From Tubulanus polymorphus (lineage: Eukaryota; Animalia; Nemertea), in contig NC_134036.1 in NCBI RefSeq assembly GCF_964204645.1, positions 4,742,600 through 4,806,599 of the forward strand: a DNA stretch of 64,000 nt, given 5' to 3'. Below are positions 1 to 11,209 of the stretch, in pieces (position 1 is the first letter of the stretch; each line of letters opens with the position of its first letter). Both the position numbers and the translations under genes were made by a program. The notes beneath the pieces were generated by a model. It saw only the letters and a list, made by a program, of their open reading frames with translations, did no database searches and was not told the DNA's origin.

Positions 1-841
1 GCAGAGCAATGAATACAAACTAGGAGAGGAAAAGAAAAGGAGCCGTTTTAAACCTGACGTCGAATCAGAAAACGACGTAAAGACAGACAGAACTATGAAT
101 GTTGAAATTCAACTGTTTGTGTTTAGATTACGGGCTCTCGCTGCTAGTGTTATGTAGTTCGATCAGGGAAATACGAAAACATTACACTTAAATACACGGA
201 TTAACATTAAACGTCTATATGGATTATCTGGCATATGTGTATATCGTTTAACAAAAAGTAAGTCAGCCAAACGAGTTTGCCCCGAAAGTATCAATGAGCG
301 ACTTCAACCAGAAGCCCACGCGCGAACCTATAGTATAGATGCTCGAATGCCACTGACGAACGTACAGTTATCAAAATCAGAATTATTTCTAGGTAGAGTA
401 GTTCCTAAATCGGCTAAACATCGATTAACATCCATAGTAGAATAAACACAGTATAAACTAGCTAAGATTCGATTAACATCTACAGTAGATACACTCAAAC
501 GTATAGAATAGATGATTAAACCCATTATGCGCAAATTCAAAATTTCAATGTATTACTCCATGCTTGATTACTGAGAAATATACTCAATTAACTTCTTCTT
601 TCCTGTATATAAAGGCCTCGTTTGTAGTATATGCATGGCAACACTGACAGTTTCATTACTAATTTCAAATTTTGACTTTTGAATACCAATTTTCTTCTTT
701 AGTAGTTGGTTTTTCTATAAAAATAACTACCGTATACATATCACAGATAATAGCGCGCATACCGAAGCCATGTCCAATTAAAAGTCGGTCATTTATCACA
801 GAATGTAGCCCATATGAATATATTACGAGGAAAACTCGGCG

Positions 842-3608
842 TCAGTCGGATTGAACCTCGCATCGACTACTGCGACACTCGTTGCAGGCCCGTATCAACT
901 TCTTCAGCTCCGACTCCTGGTAGCGCACGTGTTTCAGGTTATCTTCGTACGTACGTCGCAGCGTGCCGTTCATCGCGTCCTGGGCCGGGTCGGTCTCGTC
1001 TGCGTACGCCTGTTCTAGGGTGTCCTCCAGCCAGGCCCGGTCGGCGCAAACTTGCCGCAGTTCGTTGACCAGCAGCTGCAGGTAGCGCATGTGCTCGGCG
1101 CCGCGTACCTCGACGCGCTGTCCGCCGCCGCGACGTCGAGGCGTCGTAACGTCGATAGGCGGCACCAACGGGCGGGCGGCGACTGCCGGGTTCTCGGCAA
1201 AGTTCGGCGCGCTGGCCGGACCACTGAAATTCTGATTAACGCTCAAAGCGTCGGTCGTTTTTCGACTGACGTTCGACGCCTCTTTGCGAAGCTTCGCGTC
1301 GGTAGTAGGCACCCGGTCGTCTCGGAGTTTCTCGGGCTTCGTCGCATTCGACGTGCCGACCCGTTCGCCATCTAGCGGTCGTTGTTGACCGCTCTCTTGC
1401 GACGCTAGGTAATTGCGGTACATAGTGTTCTTCGACGATCTCGGGCTTTCGGCATCCCACGGTAAACTGCGCGCGCGTATGCGTATGTTTCGTTTGTTTG
1501 TCGCCTCTTTTTCGGTCGTCTTTTCGCCGGTGTCGACCGGGCTGGTTTGACTGTCGTTCTCGAGGCGGCTCGCCGGCGGGATCGCGTCGGGCGTGTCCGT
1601 CTGGACTGCCGTGTCGACGCGATTCGAATCGGCGACGCTCGCCGGCGAAGTCGGTACCGACGGAACCCGATAGATGTCGACGTTGTTCTCGGCGTATGGG
1701 GCGATATCGTCGGTTTGAGTAACCATCGAAAGTTTCCTCGGTTCTTCGTCAGTTTTATCTTTAACCGAAGGTGCTTCGTTCGTAGCATTTGCCGGTTTTC
1801 CAGCGTCCATCACATCCGAAGCGGTTTTTACCGTTTCCTCGTCATCGGCATCGTTTGCTTTGTCATCGTCATCAACCACAACGGCATCACCGCCATCGTT
1901 GTCATTATCGCCGTCATCTTTCATCTTCTCCTCATCCGCTTCGGGTAACTCTTCCAATGTGGGCCCGGCGTCGCGATCTCGCTGGCGACGCGCGGACGTG
2001 ACGTCACGAGATAGGCTATCGAGCGCCGTCTGGCGGTGGATCATGTCGTCCTCGATGTGGTTGAAGCGGTACAGTATATTATTCTGGACGGCGTTGATCG
2101 TGTGCAGCGACTGCAACATGCGCGCCATCAGTACATCGCTTTCAGCGATCTCGTTGCTCAGATGAACCCGCGGTCTGCCGTCGACGGGTATCCCTACGAC
2201 CACTTCCCGGTGATCGCTACCTCGTCCGGACTTTGTCCGCTTATCGACCGAACTCGCCCGGTCCAGTCGATCGCGCTTATTACGCGAAGTCGCAGGCGAT
2301 TTACGAGCCCGGCGTTCGTCTAAACCGTCGAATCCGGCGGCGCGGTCGTCGTCCACTGGAAGTACGGCGGGTATATGGCCGAGCGGTCTTTCCGTGTAGC
2401 GGGCCGGGGCTAGCTCGGCGCTGCATCGGCTCTCCAATCGTTCACGGTGATGCAACGGTCGCGGCCCGCGATGTTTTTTGACGAACGTTTTCTGTCGGGA
2501 TAGCCCTTCGTCCTCCATCGCCAGCCGCGCGATGTAGTCATCAGCGGCCGATATATCGTTATTAAGGATGGTAGCCGTTTGACGGGCGATGTCGGCCACG
2601 TACGGTTCGATTATAACCGGCTGGTTTCGCCTCGCGTCCGCCCATCCCCGCTCGGTCGACGCGGTGTTGGCCACGAACGTGCGGCTTCGTCGTCGCTCGT
2701 CCGAGTTCTGTTCGAGTTGAAACCTGACGCGCGGATCTCTTCGACCGGGCACCGGTACGGTCGACACGCGGCCGCGACGACCGACGTTCGAAGCCGTCGG
2801 CTTGTCGACGGTATCGCCGATGTGTATGACACCGAGTTCGTTGACCAGTTCACGCGTGAGTTGTAGTTTCACGCCGATCGGTAGATTTTCGTCCCACGAC
2901 GGTTTTCTCGTTACCAATTCCTCACCCGCACCTATGATTCCGTTCATCGTTTCTCCGCGGGGCGGCGCCACCAGCCCGTGACTCCACCGCGACTTTTCTT
3001 CGAAGTTGAACAGATTTATATCTCGGATATTTCCGCCGCGGGGTCTGATCTGCCCTTTCTTCTCATTATTTCGCCTACGCCCGACGCGCTTTTTATGATC
3101 GCGCGAGTCGTGCCCGGGAGATGACGTAACGGCTCCGGTGACGTCAACGTCATTGTCGTCGTTGTCTACTTCGACCATGGGAACGAATCGCACGGTGCGC
3201 GCGTGGCCGTCGATGTAGATGGTTTGCGGTTCGGAGACGATGAACGTACGATTGGCGATCCTCGACCCGAGACCGGGTTGACCGCCACCGTGGGCATGCG
3301 TCATATTTATTTGACCGTTCTGAGGTCCATGTGCTTGGGTCATATGATGATTTGGATGTTCATGTGCCATGATTGCATTACCATCCTGTAACCCATGTTG
3401 TGCCATGTTCGAATGACGAATCGTTGATCCATGTGCCATGTTCATGTGATCGTTCTGGGGCCCGTATTGTGCCATGTTTATATGATGATTTGTTGCTTCA
3501 TTCGCCATCTTCGTGTCGTGACCAATAGGGGCCGTTTGCGTCATATTCACGTGACCATTCGGAAGTGTACGTCCGTACCACTGGTTACCGGGCATCGGCA
3601 CATTTGTT

Positions 3609-3689
<81 letters not shown>

Positions 3690-5514
3690 CCATCTGTCGC
3701 AACCGTAACGTACGAATTATAATCCCAGTCCGTTTTGGAGTCCGAGTCCGTGTTGCCCGGATCCGAGGCACCGCGCAGCGACTTCCGTATGTCCGGGAAC
3801 CTCGATTCTCGTAATTGGGCCAATTCTTTGACTACCGGATCCACGTCGGGCTTCGCGGTAGGATCCGGAGCCGTATCGACCGCCAGTTTTCTCGGGGTCG
3901 GCTCCGGCGGAGTCAACACGTGGCTGGGACTCTCCGGTACGATCTTCCTGACGCCGATTCTGCTCGACTGTCCGGGAGCTTGCGCGTTCTTCGTGTTCTC
4001 TTCTCGCGCCTTATCAATCGTCTCGGCGTCTTCGCTCTTCTTAGGCGGTCTCACTCGTTCTTCTCGCTTTCGCTTCGGCGCCGCCGTCTGCGTCGCGGCG
4101 TTGGATTTTGTCGTGCCCGCGTCGCTACTCAACGAGCTTACACCGCCGTTCACGTGGCTCCTCCTGGCAGCCGAGGAATCGACTACCCGCGGCGTTTCGT
4201 TATCTTCCAAATATCGATTCAGAGTCTCCTGCAGTATTTCGCTGTCGATCGTCGACGCCAGGCCGTCTTGTTGTTCCGCCGATTGATAACTTCGGCCGGT
4301 GTAGCCTTCCGTTCGATCACCGCGATTACCGTATCGACCGCTGCGATTAACCCTTTCCCCACGTTTACCGTATTCGCCTGGTAATCGCGTATTTCGCCCC
4401 GTCGAATTAATCCTTTCGTGGCGATTATCGTACCATTCGGTCGAGTTCTGACTCCGCCCGCTGAGTCGTTTTCGTGCGAGTCTTTCCGGGCCGGCTGTCG
4501 ACGTGGTTTTAGCCGTGCGCGGCGTTCGGGAGTTTCCAAAGTTCGCCGAAGACGTCGCGCTATCGGCGGCTGTCAACCAGCGAGGCGGACTTACAGTCAC
4601 GACGGTTTCGTCTGCTTCCGAGTCGGTGGCACCACCGCTCGGCCGCTGTCGCAACTTGTGGCTCGTCCGGAACGAAATCGTCTGCTCGTACTGATCGTCG
4701 ATATCGTCATCACTATCGCCGTACTCCTCGCGTATCTGGTCGAGTTTTTGTAACGTTTGTTTCTGATATCTGAAAGAAATGGAGTAATCTGGGATTATTA
4801 ATTGTGCAAACTACGGCGCCAAGAACACGAACCACTGCTTACATTCATCTAACGCAAAGCACAGCCAGTGTCTTAAGGATGACTTATCACTAATTGAGAG
4901 CCTGGTTCGAGAGCCTGCCATACCAATTAATGACATTGTAGACTCACAAAACCTGTTTAGTGGAATACACGTAAAACAGTGGCGTCATCAGATTCTGAGC
5001 GTCTGCTTCATTGATTGGCTCAGTATGGCGGCCGTTTGAACTGCATTTCGTAGTGCATACCCCAATCGTACATCCCATTTTTTAACAAGGAGATAATTTG
5101 TGACTCTTGTAGCACTGCCCTTAAACATATACCCCAGCTTTTCCATGGTGACGATTTGTGTCTTTTCTAACAGTACCCTACCCCGGTTTTTCATTTTCTC
5201 TACATAATCGTAGGTGTTCTGTCAATTTTGTTATTTTACCTGGCGACTGTTCCCAGCGACACTTCCACTTTGTTGACGATCGTTCCCACGAGTTTCTTAA
5301 AATTGCGGCACGTGTCGGGCATCAGCTCCCCTCCGACGCCGACGGCTGGAGTCGACGCCGGTTCGCTCGACTGCCTCAACCACTTCGGCGTCGACGACGA
5401 CCGGTAACTGACGGAAACACCCGAACGATACGACCGGGTCCGATCGGTGTCCGTTGCCACGTCTTCGCGAGGCGTTTCGTAGCCCAGCATCTGGCGCCCA
5501 CGATTTCGAGGCAT
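842..5514 (-). CDS. Uncharacterised ~1,400-aa low-complexity/disordered protein with polyQ, His/Asn/Met repeats and short coiled-coil-like segments; 2 coding exons: 5514-5240 and 4769-842
   Basis: ORF 5236..5514 has a donor AG|GTAAAA at 5240/5239 (phase 2). Acceptor TTTCTTTCAG| at 4770/4769 restores the frame (AG+A=Arg, then YQKQTLQKLDQIREEY...) into ORF 842..4654. 275+3928=4203 nt = 1400 aa + stop. GC-rich coding composition; no family recognised. Confidence 0.8.
3608..3688 (-). repeat. (CAG)n trinucleotide repeat encoding 27 Gln
   Basis: Plus-strand (CTG)n run, in frame within the large exon. Confidence 0.95.
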
Positions 5515-6692
5515 GATTACAAAAAACTTGCGCGATAACTTTTCTGTTTCTTAATGATTTAATTGCAGAGAAGTTCTTAATACTAACGCTATTGTGGATT
5601 ATTTACTGGAATATGATATTTGTGAAGAATTCGATTTTCTTAGATTTTCTTAAATTCTTAAACTAAAGTCTTTTAAAATGCGCTACTTTAACCTTGAGAA
5701 AAAGTTTGTATTTCCATTTCACTCGTTCTTTTGACGTTTGACACCAAAACCGCTTTTCCGACGCTACAACTGTTCAAATGTCCATTTTTCCATTGGAAAT
5801 GTCAAAATTCCGATATCACCCAATTATTGATATAGTGTTTGCATACCAAACGAAATGACTCTTCATAAAAACCTTTCCACCATCGGTTAATTTGTTTAGT
5901 TATTTTCTACTAACTAGCAAATATCTTATTAATCCTAAACCACCGAAAACATTTGCCACAAAAGCTTATCCCATAAAAAGTGACAATAATCAGACGAATA
6001 TATCCAAGAAAGTATTTTTTTGTATCTTTAACGCATATTCTTCCTTAGTTTCGACAAATCGTTCGACAACTCGGTACTTCTTCCAATCTACGTCTAAAGC
6101 ACTATTTAAAAAGTTCGTAAAATTCGATAGTTCTTACACGTGTTCGCTCATCAAGATCTTAAAATATCTAACCGCTTCAAAAATACAGTTCCCGACTGAG
6201 GAAAAGGTCGCTCCATACCCTCAGCCCCACGAGCCGGTTTTCGACAATCGAATCGCGAAATAATTACTCCGATATAAAGACTCCGGAAGACGATCTCAGA
6301 TCGCTGGACCAAGAAACGCCCGGACGACGAATTCTAAACCGTCAAAGTTAGTCTTTATCCTAGCAAACATTCGACTCCGTGGACTCATAATATACTAACT
6401 AAGTTACGTCTTATGTATATATGAAATCTATGCATCGTCAACGATTCAATACGTCTTATTTTCATGGCGTTTTCATAACTTCATTTATCGCGATACACGA
6501 CAACAAAAGCGAGTTCGTTTATGGAAAGCGCTCGCTGGGAAAATCGAGGCGCACTTTCCCACGCGTTCTATTGTGCTATCGCCGAACGGTCGCACGCGCG
6601 CGCGCGCCCTAATTTCAGATCTTGTTTTGGTCGATCTATTTGTCCTCGGCGGCGAATACCTCCGCCTATGGTTTGTCACTAATAAACACCGG

Positions 6693-6830
6693 GGGCCGGT
6701 TCCATAGTCATGGCTTAGACTTAAGACTAGTCTAAGACTCTTTTAGTTATATAGCTAATCTAACAGCTTAAGACCAGTCTTAAGATTTAAGACCACTTTT
6801 GGACTTAAGTCTCGACTATGGAACCGGCCC
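6693..6830. mobile_element. MITE (~140 bp), PIF/Harbinger-like
   Basis: TIR GGGCCGGTTCCATAGTC ... GACTATGGAACCGGCCC with CGG/CAG flanks. A second near-identical left end occurs at 63958-64000, and decayed copies at ~29024-29108 and ~42955-43040. Confidence 0.85.
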
Positions 6831-7224
6831 CAGCAACGCACGCATCGACTGATAGTAGTAGAACATCGTTATGACGACCTCGGATTTTTAAAGATTCAAT
6901 GATTTAAAGATGTATCGGTTATTACGAACATTGAAAACGGTATTAACTTCTATTACTGGTACCATCTCGTTAGATCGGCTATTAAACTAAGTTGGTGTTA
7001 GCCCGGTCTTAGGGCAAATCCATTACTTAATATGGATCCACTTCCTTCGTGTGATATGTATATACGTGTATTCTATATTACTCAAAGGACAATAAAGATA
7101 TATTGAATTGAATTGGGATTGTGATCTCAGCAGTTAGACTGATGAACATTTATTTTCATGTCAAGTGCAATCCGAATTCACATGGCCAACAACCTTGTTA
7201 CGGTTAGAAATATACATTCAAACG

Positions 7225-7583
7225 ACAAATTCTCTCCTCCCACGTCACTACGGTGAAGGTTTTAATGACTCCAATGCGTGGTACTTAGTAAAATCCCTAG
7301 CTCCGCGAGCCGATGTAATTCAGTATTCATTAGCAATGACTTGAAATTCAATTTTTCCTATCGATCCTACGACGACGCCGACGGCGCCAGCGGCATCGGC
7401 GCGCGTGATGATAACGAGCATACTACATCGTTCGTACAGAGTCCGGTGAAAATCCCATTTAACGCGTCTAGCTGCAGCATGTGATACGGATTCGAATTCG
7501 ACTCCTATACCAGGTGAGCTTATGGTTTTTCACTCATGTGTTCCTTATTCGATCGGTAAACGCGATTATAAATAGTTCCCTCG

Positions 7584-7610
<27 letters not shown>
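7225..7610 (+). repeat. Dispersed ~400-bp repeat, homologous to ~32745-33130
   Basis: Shared blocks such as TAATTCAGT..CATTAGC..TGA.TTGAAATTCAATT, ACGGATT.GAATTCGACTC and ACTAGATTTATTT occur at both sites. Confidence 0.7.
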
Positions 7611-7796
<186 letters not shown>

Positions 7797-8124
7797 GTAC
7801 GTATCATCATATAATGATGTACGGTAAAATAGCGGAAGTATACGGTTAAATATCTACTTCGTTAAAGGCTAAACGCTGGTGTAATAATCTTGGGTCCGTA
7901 TCGCAGTCCGGAAAAATTCGGCGTTTCGGCGTTTAGCGGTTACCCCTGCACACACACACACTATATTTTCCCATATACATAAAACCCTATAACTATTTAT
8001 TCTACAGCGACATAAAATGTCACTGTTGATATTGAAAGATGTTACTCGTAGAATTGTAACTCGTAAGTCGTATGTTGGTTCAGGAATCTAGCGGATGGAT
8101 GTACATTGTATTTATTATTTTTGT

Positions 8125-9252
8125 TTAGTTTTCATACTGATTTCTTTTTAACGACAACATCGCTTTCAGTTGATTTCGAAATCGACGCCTCGAAGCGCAA
8201 TAAATTACGAAATTAGAAGACGCTACGATCATTCTGACTATATTTCGAAACTGGTTAAACATTGCAGCTGAAGAGTATTTACCAATTTGAACTTTTAAAG
8301 GAGAAAATAGATTAATGATGACTGTTCTTAATAAAAACGCTTTTTTCAGTAAGAAAAAACATGAAATGAGAACTAACGACAGAGTTAAACCGCGGTCACT
8401 GCTGCCGCTACTGCTGTTATAAGTTCGATTATTTGTAGACATGGTTTTTCTCGCTGCTCCCGCGCGTCTCAACGTGAAAATCAATCTGATAGTTATCAGA
8501 ACCACAACCACTGTCGGGATTACTGTAAACAACAATGAACGAATTGACACCTCATAGTACTTAAGATAAATGTTCTTAGCAAATAAGGTGAGTTTTTGAG
8601 TCCATCTCTCGTGTCCGGTGCACGGATTGATAGAACGACGAGTATAATACCTGAAATAGTTTCTACAGTGATCACCTATTGTAATTGCCGCCACAAACGT
8701 GACATAAACGTAACATTTCCTTAAACTAATAATTGTCAGAGCGTTCAGAGGCCAACAAACAACAATATATCTGTCTATAGCAATAAGCAATGTTATCAGA
8801 TCACTGACAGTTGAAAACAAAAGTCGAATGTTTTGAGTGTATGAATACATGCGCTTCATAGCGTGGTTTATTTCAGCAGTCATGTCCAGTAACAATGTGT
8901 GACTGTAGAGTCAATAGTGAAAGCCAAATACGATATAAGACAAACAAATAAACATATCCGAAACAGATATACACCGCAAATAGAATATACTGGTGTTGTT
9001 CGAACGCTGTTCTTTGGTAAGGACAAGAAAAGACAGCAAATTTGTACCAAAACCGCAGGTTGCAATGCCAAGAATTAAATGAGACGTGATCTGTAGATAC
9101 AAATTCACGTGAAACGGTTTGTAATCAGCGTGATGAATGTATTTACACCGCGGATGAGGTTTAAACCCCGCCTCCTCGGTGATGGTTGTCAGGTCTGTTC
9201 CATTGAGGTCGAGAAACTGAGCATTAAGCGATATATTTTCTGAAGCCATCAT
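8125..9252 (-). pseudogene. Intronless class A GPCR, FMRFamide/sex-peptide receptor-like, with one in-frame TGA (8913-8911) at a conserved Trp; pseudogene or readthrough allele
   Basis: ORFs 8911..9279 and 8125..8895 are in the same frame: CAC TAT TGA CTC TAC AGT CAC versus HYWLYSH in paralogs. DRY and TM7 SSNFVIYC are present, with 7 hydrophobic segments. Confidence 0.85.
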
Positions 9253-9710
9253 AGCAGTCACTGGTCGAATTGGAAACAATCGGTTTTATTTTCCAAATCG
9301 GCGAATGTCACACTTTCTCGAAGGTGTGCGCTGACGCTGAGCGAGTATAAATTAACATACCGCAATTATCAACTTTCTAACGGAAAACAAATTATTCAAT
9401 TTTTTAGTTAATGCTAAGATTACTACCAATTACGCGCTACCAATTACGCGCTCAAAAACGTCTTTTTTATTAACTAGAAATTCGCATTCCATTAGAATCG
9501 AGATATGACAGGGTTACATGAGATGTGACCAGTACTACATATAAACAGATCTAATACAACGCGTCTTTAACTACTGAAATATCTGCGTTTTAAGTCGCAT
9601 GAAGAGCGTTCGAAATTCTAGAAACAAAGCGTCAATTCTCTTTTATTTTCTGAATTATCGCTTCACGCTTTACCGAAAGTAGGTATTCAAACACTTTCAC
9701 AAATTGTACA

Positions 9711-9870
9711 ATTATAGTAATAGGGTAAGTGTTGTTTCGTACCAGAGGTCGAAAGGTCGAGCTCATAAAAAATGAAAATAAATTCTCACACGCTCGAATT
9801 TATTTATATTCTTCACTCGCTCAACCTTTCAATCTCTGATATGAAACAAGACTTACCCTGTTACTCTAAT
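9711..9870. mobile_element. ~160-bp foldback/MITE-like imperfect palindrome
   Basis: AGTAATAGGGTAAGTGTTGTTTCGTACCAGAGGTCGAAAGGTCGAGC pairs with GCTCAACCTTTCAATCTCTGATATGAAACAAGACTTACCCTGTTACT. The inner AAATAAATTC/GAATTTATTT also pair. Confidence 0.7.
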
Positions 9871-9949
9871 GATATTATTCATATATATGAACATTATATA
9901 AGTGAATATTGTAATAATGAAATCAATTTTAATAAAAAATATGTATAAT

Positions 9950-10975
9950 AAATGGAGAGTAAACAGTGAATTCCTAGCTAGAATTAAAGATATTACAAAT
10001 GTCAAATAAGTAGATTATGAATCCAAAAAGTTAACAGCATGAACATTACATAAGAAATATTTAATCACAAATATTGAAATAATTACTTATAGATATGGTA
10101 AAAAATTAATAATTCATTTAGAATATGAGGGATTAAAAGGAAATAAATATAAATTCAGAACGTATTTACCAGATAGATTTCATAGATTATCTAGTGAAGA
10201 TATAGAAGAATTATATTCAGGTGATTTCTATTTCATATATAAAGGTAAAAATGAAAAAGAGAACATGATATAGAATTCGAATAAAAAAATATTTAAAATA
10301 AATGCAAAATAAATTGCAAGAATATAGAATATGTATTGATACTAGAAAATTTACAAAATTTAAATCTACTAGTACAATTAGAATTTAGAAATTGTTTTGA
10401 TTTAAAATTAGCAAATATTAGTGTATGTAACTCATTTTACAATCGAATAAAACTATTGAACAAAGAGTCTTTTTAATTTTTGATAAACATGAAAATGAAT
10501 GGTTCTATATATATTTAAAACCAGGGTTATATAATTTAGATACATTGTCATAAGAAATTAATAGAAAAGCCTGTCACAAGTTAGGTAGTGATCCCGGGTT
10601 GAACATTCGATTTAAAAAAAAGTGATAGTTCTGATAAGATAAAGATAAGGTTAACTCATAGTGAAAAACAGAAATTTATGGTAAAACAACCTATAGCTTA
10701 ACTGTTAGGAATTCCTCCAAATAGATCTTTTACAAATATTGATGCTACACCAAACTTAATACCTTACACACATTTATATATCTAATGTAATTTAATTAAT
10801 CTTACAAAAACATTTGAAGCAAATAAAAGTACAACTTGTAATTGCAGTAAATAAATATTTTACCATTGAAGAACATTAAAGAATTTGGAATGCAAATAAA
10901 TTATAATTTAACAGAATGTTAGCCTTGTATTTCACAATTTAATCATTTTATGTAAGAAGTTAGAAATCATAATGT
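9950..10975 (+). pseudogene. Decayed AT-rich viral/Polinton(Maverick)-like fragment: small ORF remnant (~9950-10273) followed by a minor capsid/penton-like remnant (~10302-10975)
   Basis: Manual translation across stops and frameshifts gives ICIDTR, LKLANISVCNSFYN, IYLKPGLYNLDTLS*EIN, IA*LLGI, PNLIPYTHLYI*CNLI, LPLKNIKEFGMQINY, FM*EVRNHN. This motif order resembles Polinton/NCLDV penton proteins. There is a sharp AT-rich compositional shift. Confidence 0.6.
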
Positions 10976-11209
10976 TTTTCTAGTTCGACACCCAACCGGA
11001 TGAATCCCAGCCGTGGGAGTATATGGGGATATATACATTGATTTTTTGGCCAGTACGGATTTCATTTCATTTATGCATTTACACCATGAAAATTGTTCCC
11101 ACCGGAAAATGGTATTGAATCAACGTTTTGACTAAAAATATTTACCTATGACTCTGTATTGGGTAAGTAGTATTTACTATTATTTTTCTTAGAATTTGTA
11201 TTCATTACT

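Noticed and set aside
410-505. ~58-bp imperfect tandem duplication (TCGATTAACATC) and ORF 328..540
   Set aside because: Only two degenerate units in probable 3' UTR/intergenic DNA; not CRISPR-like and no coding evidence.
814-4753. Many overlapping short ORFs on both strands
   Set aside because: Shadow ORFs of the GC-rich 3.9-kb exon on the minus strand.
8911-8913. Selenocysteine interpretation of the in-frame TGA
   Set aside because: It aligns to Trp (TGG), not Cys, in paralogs, and I could not identify a SECIS downstream.
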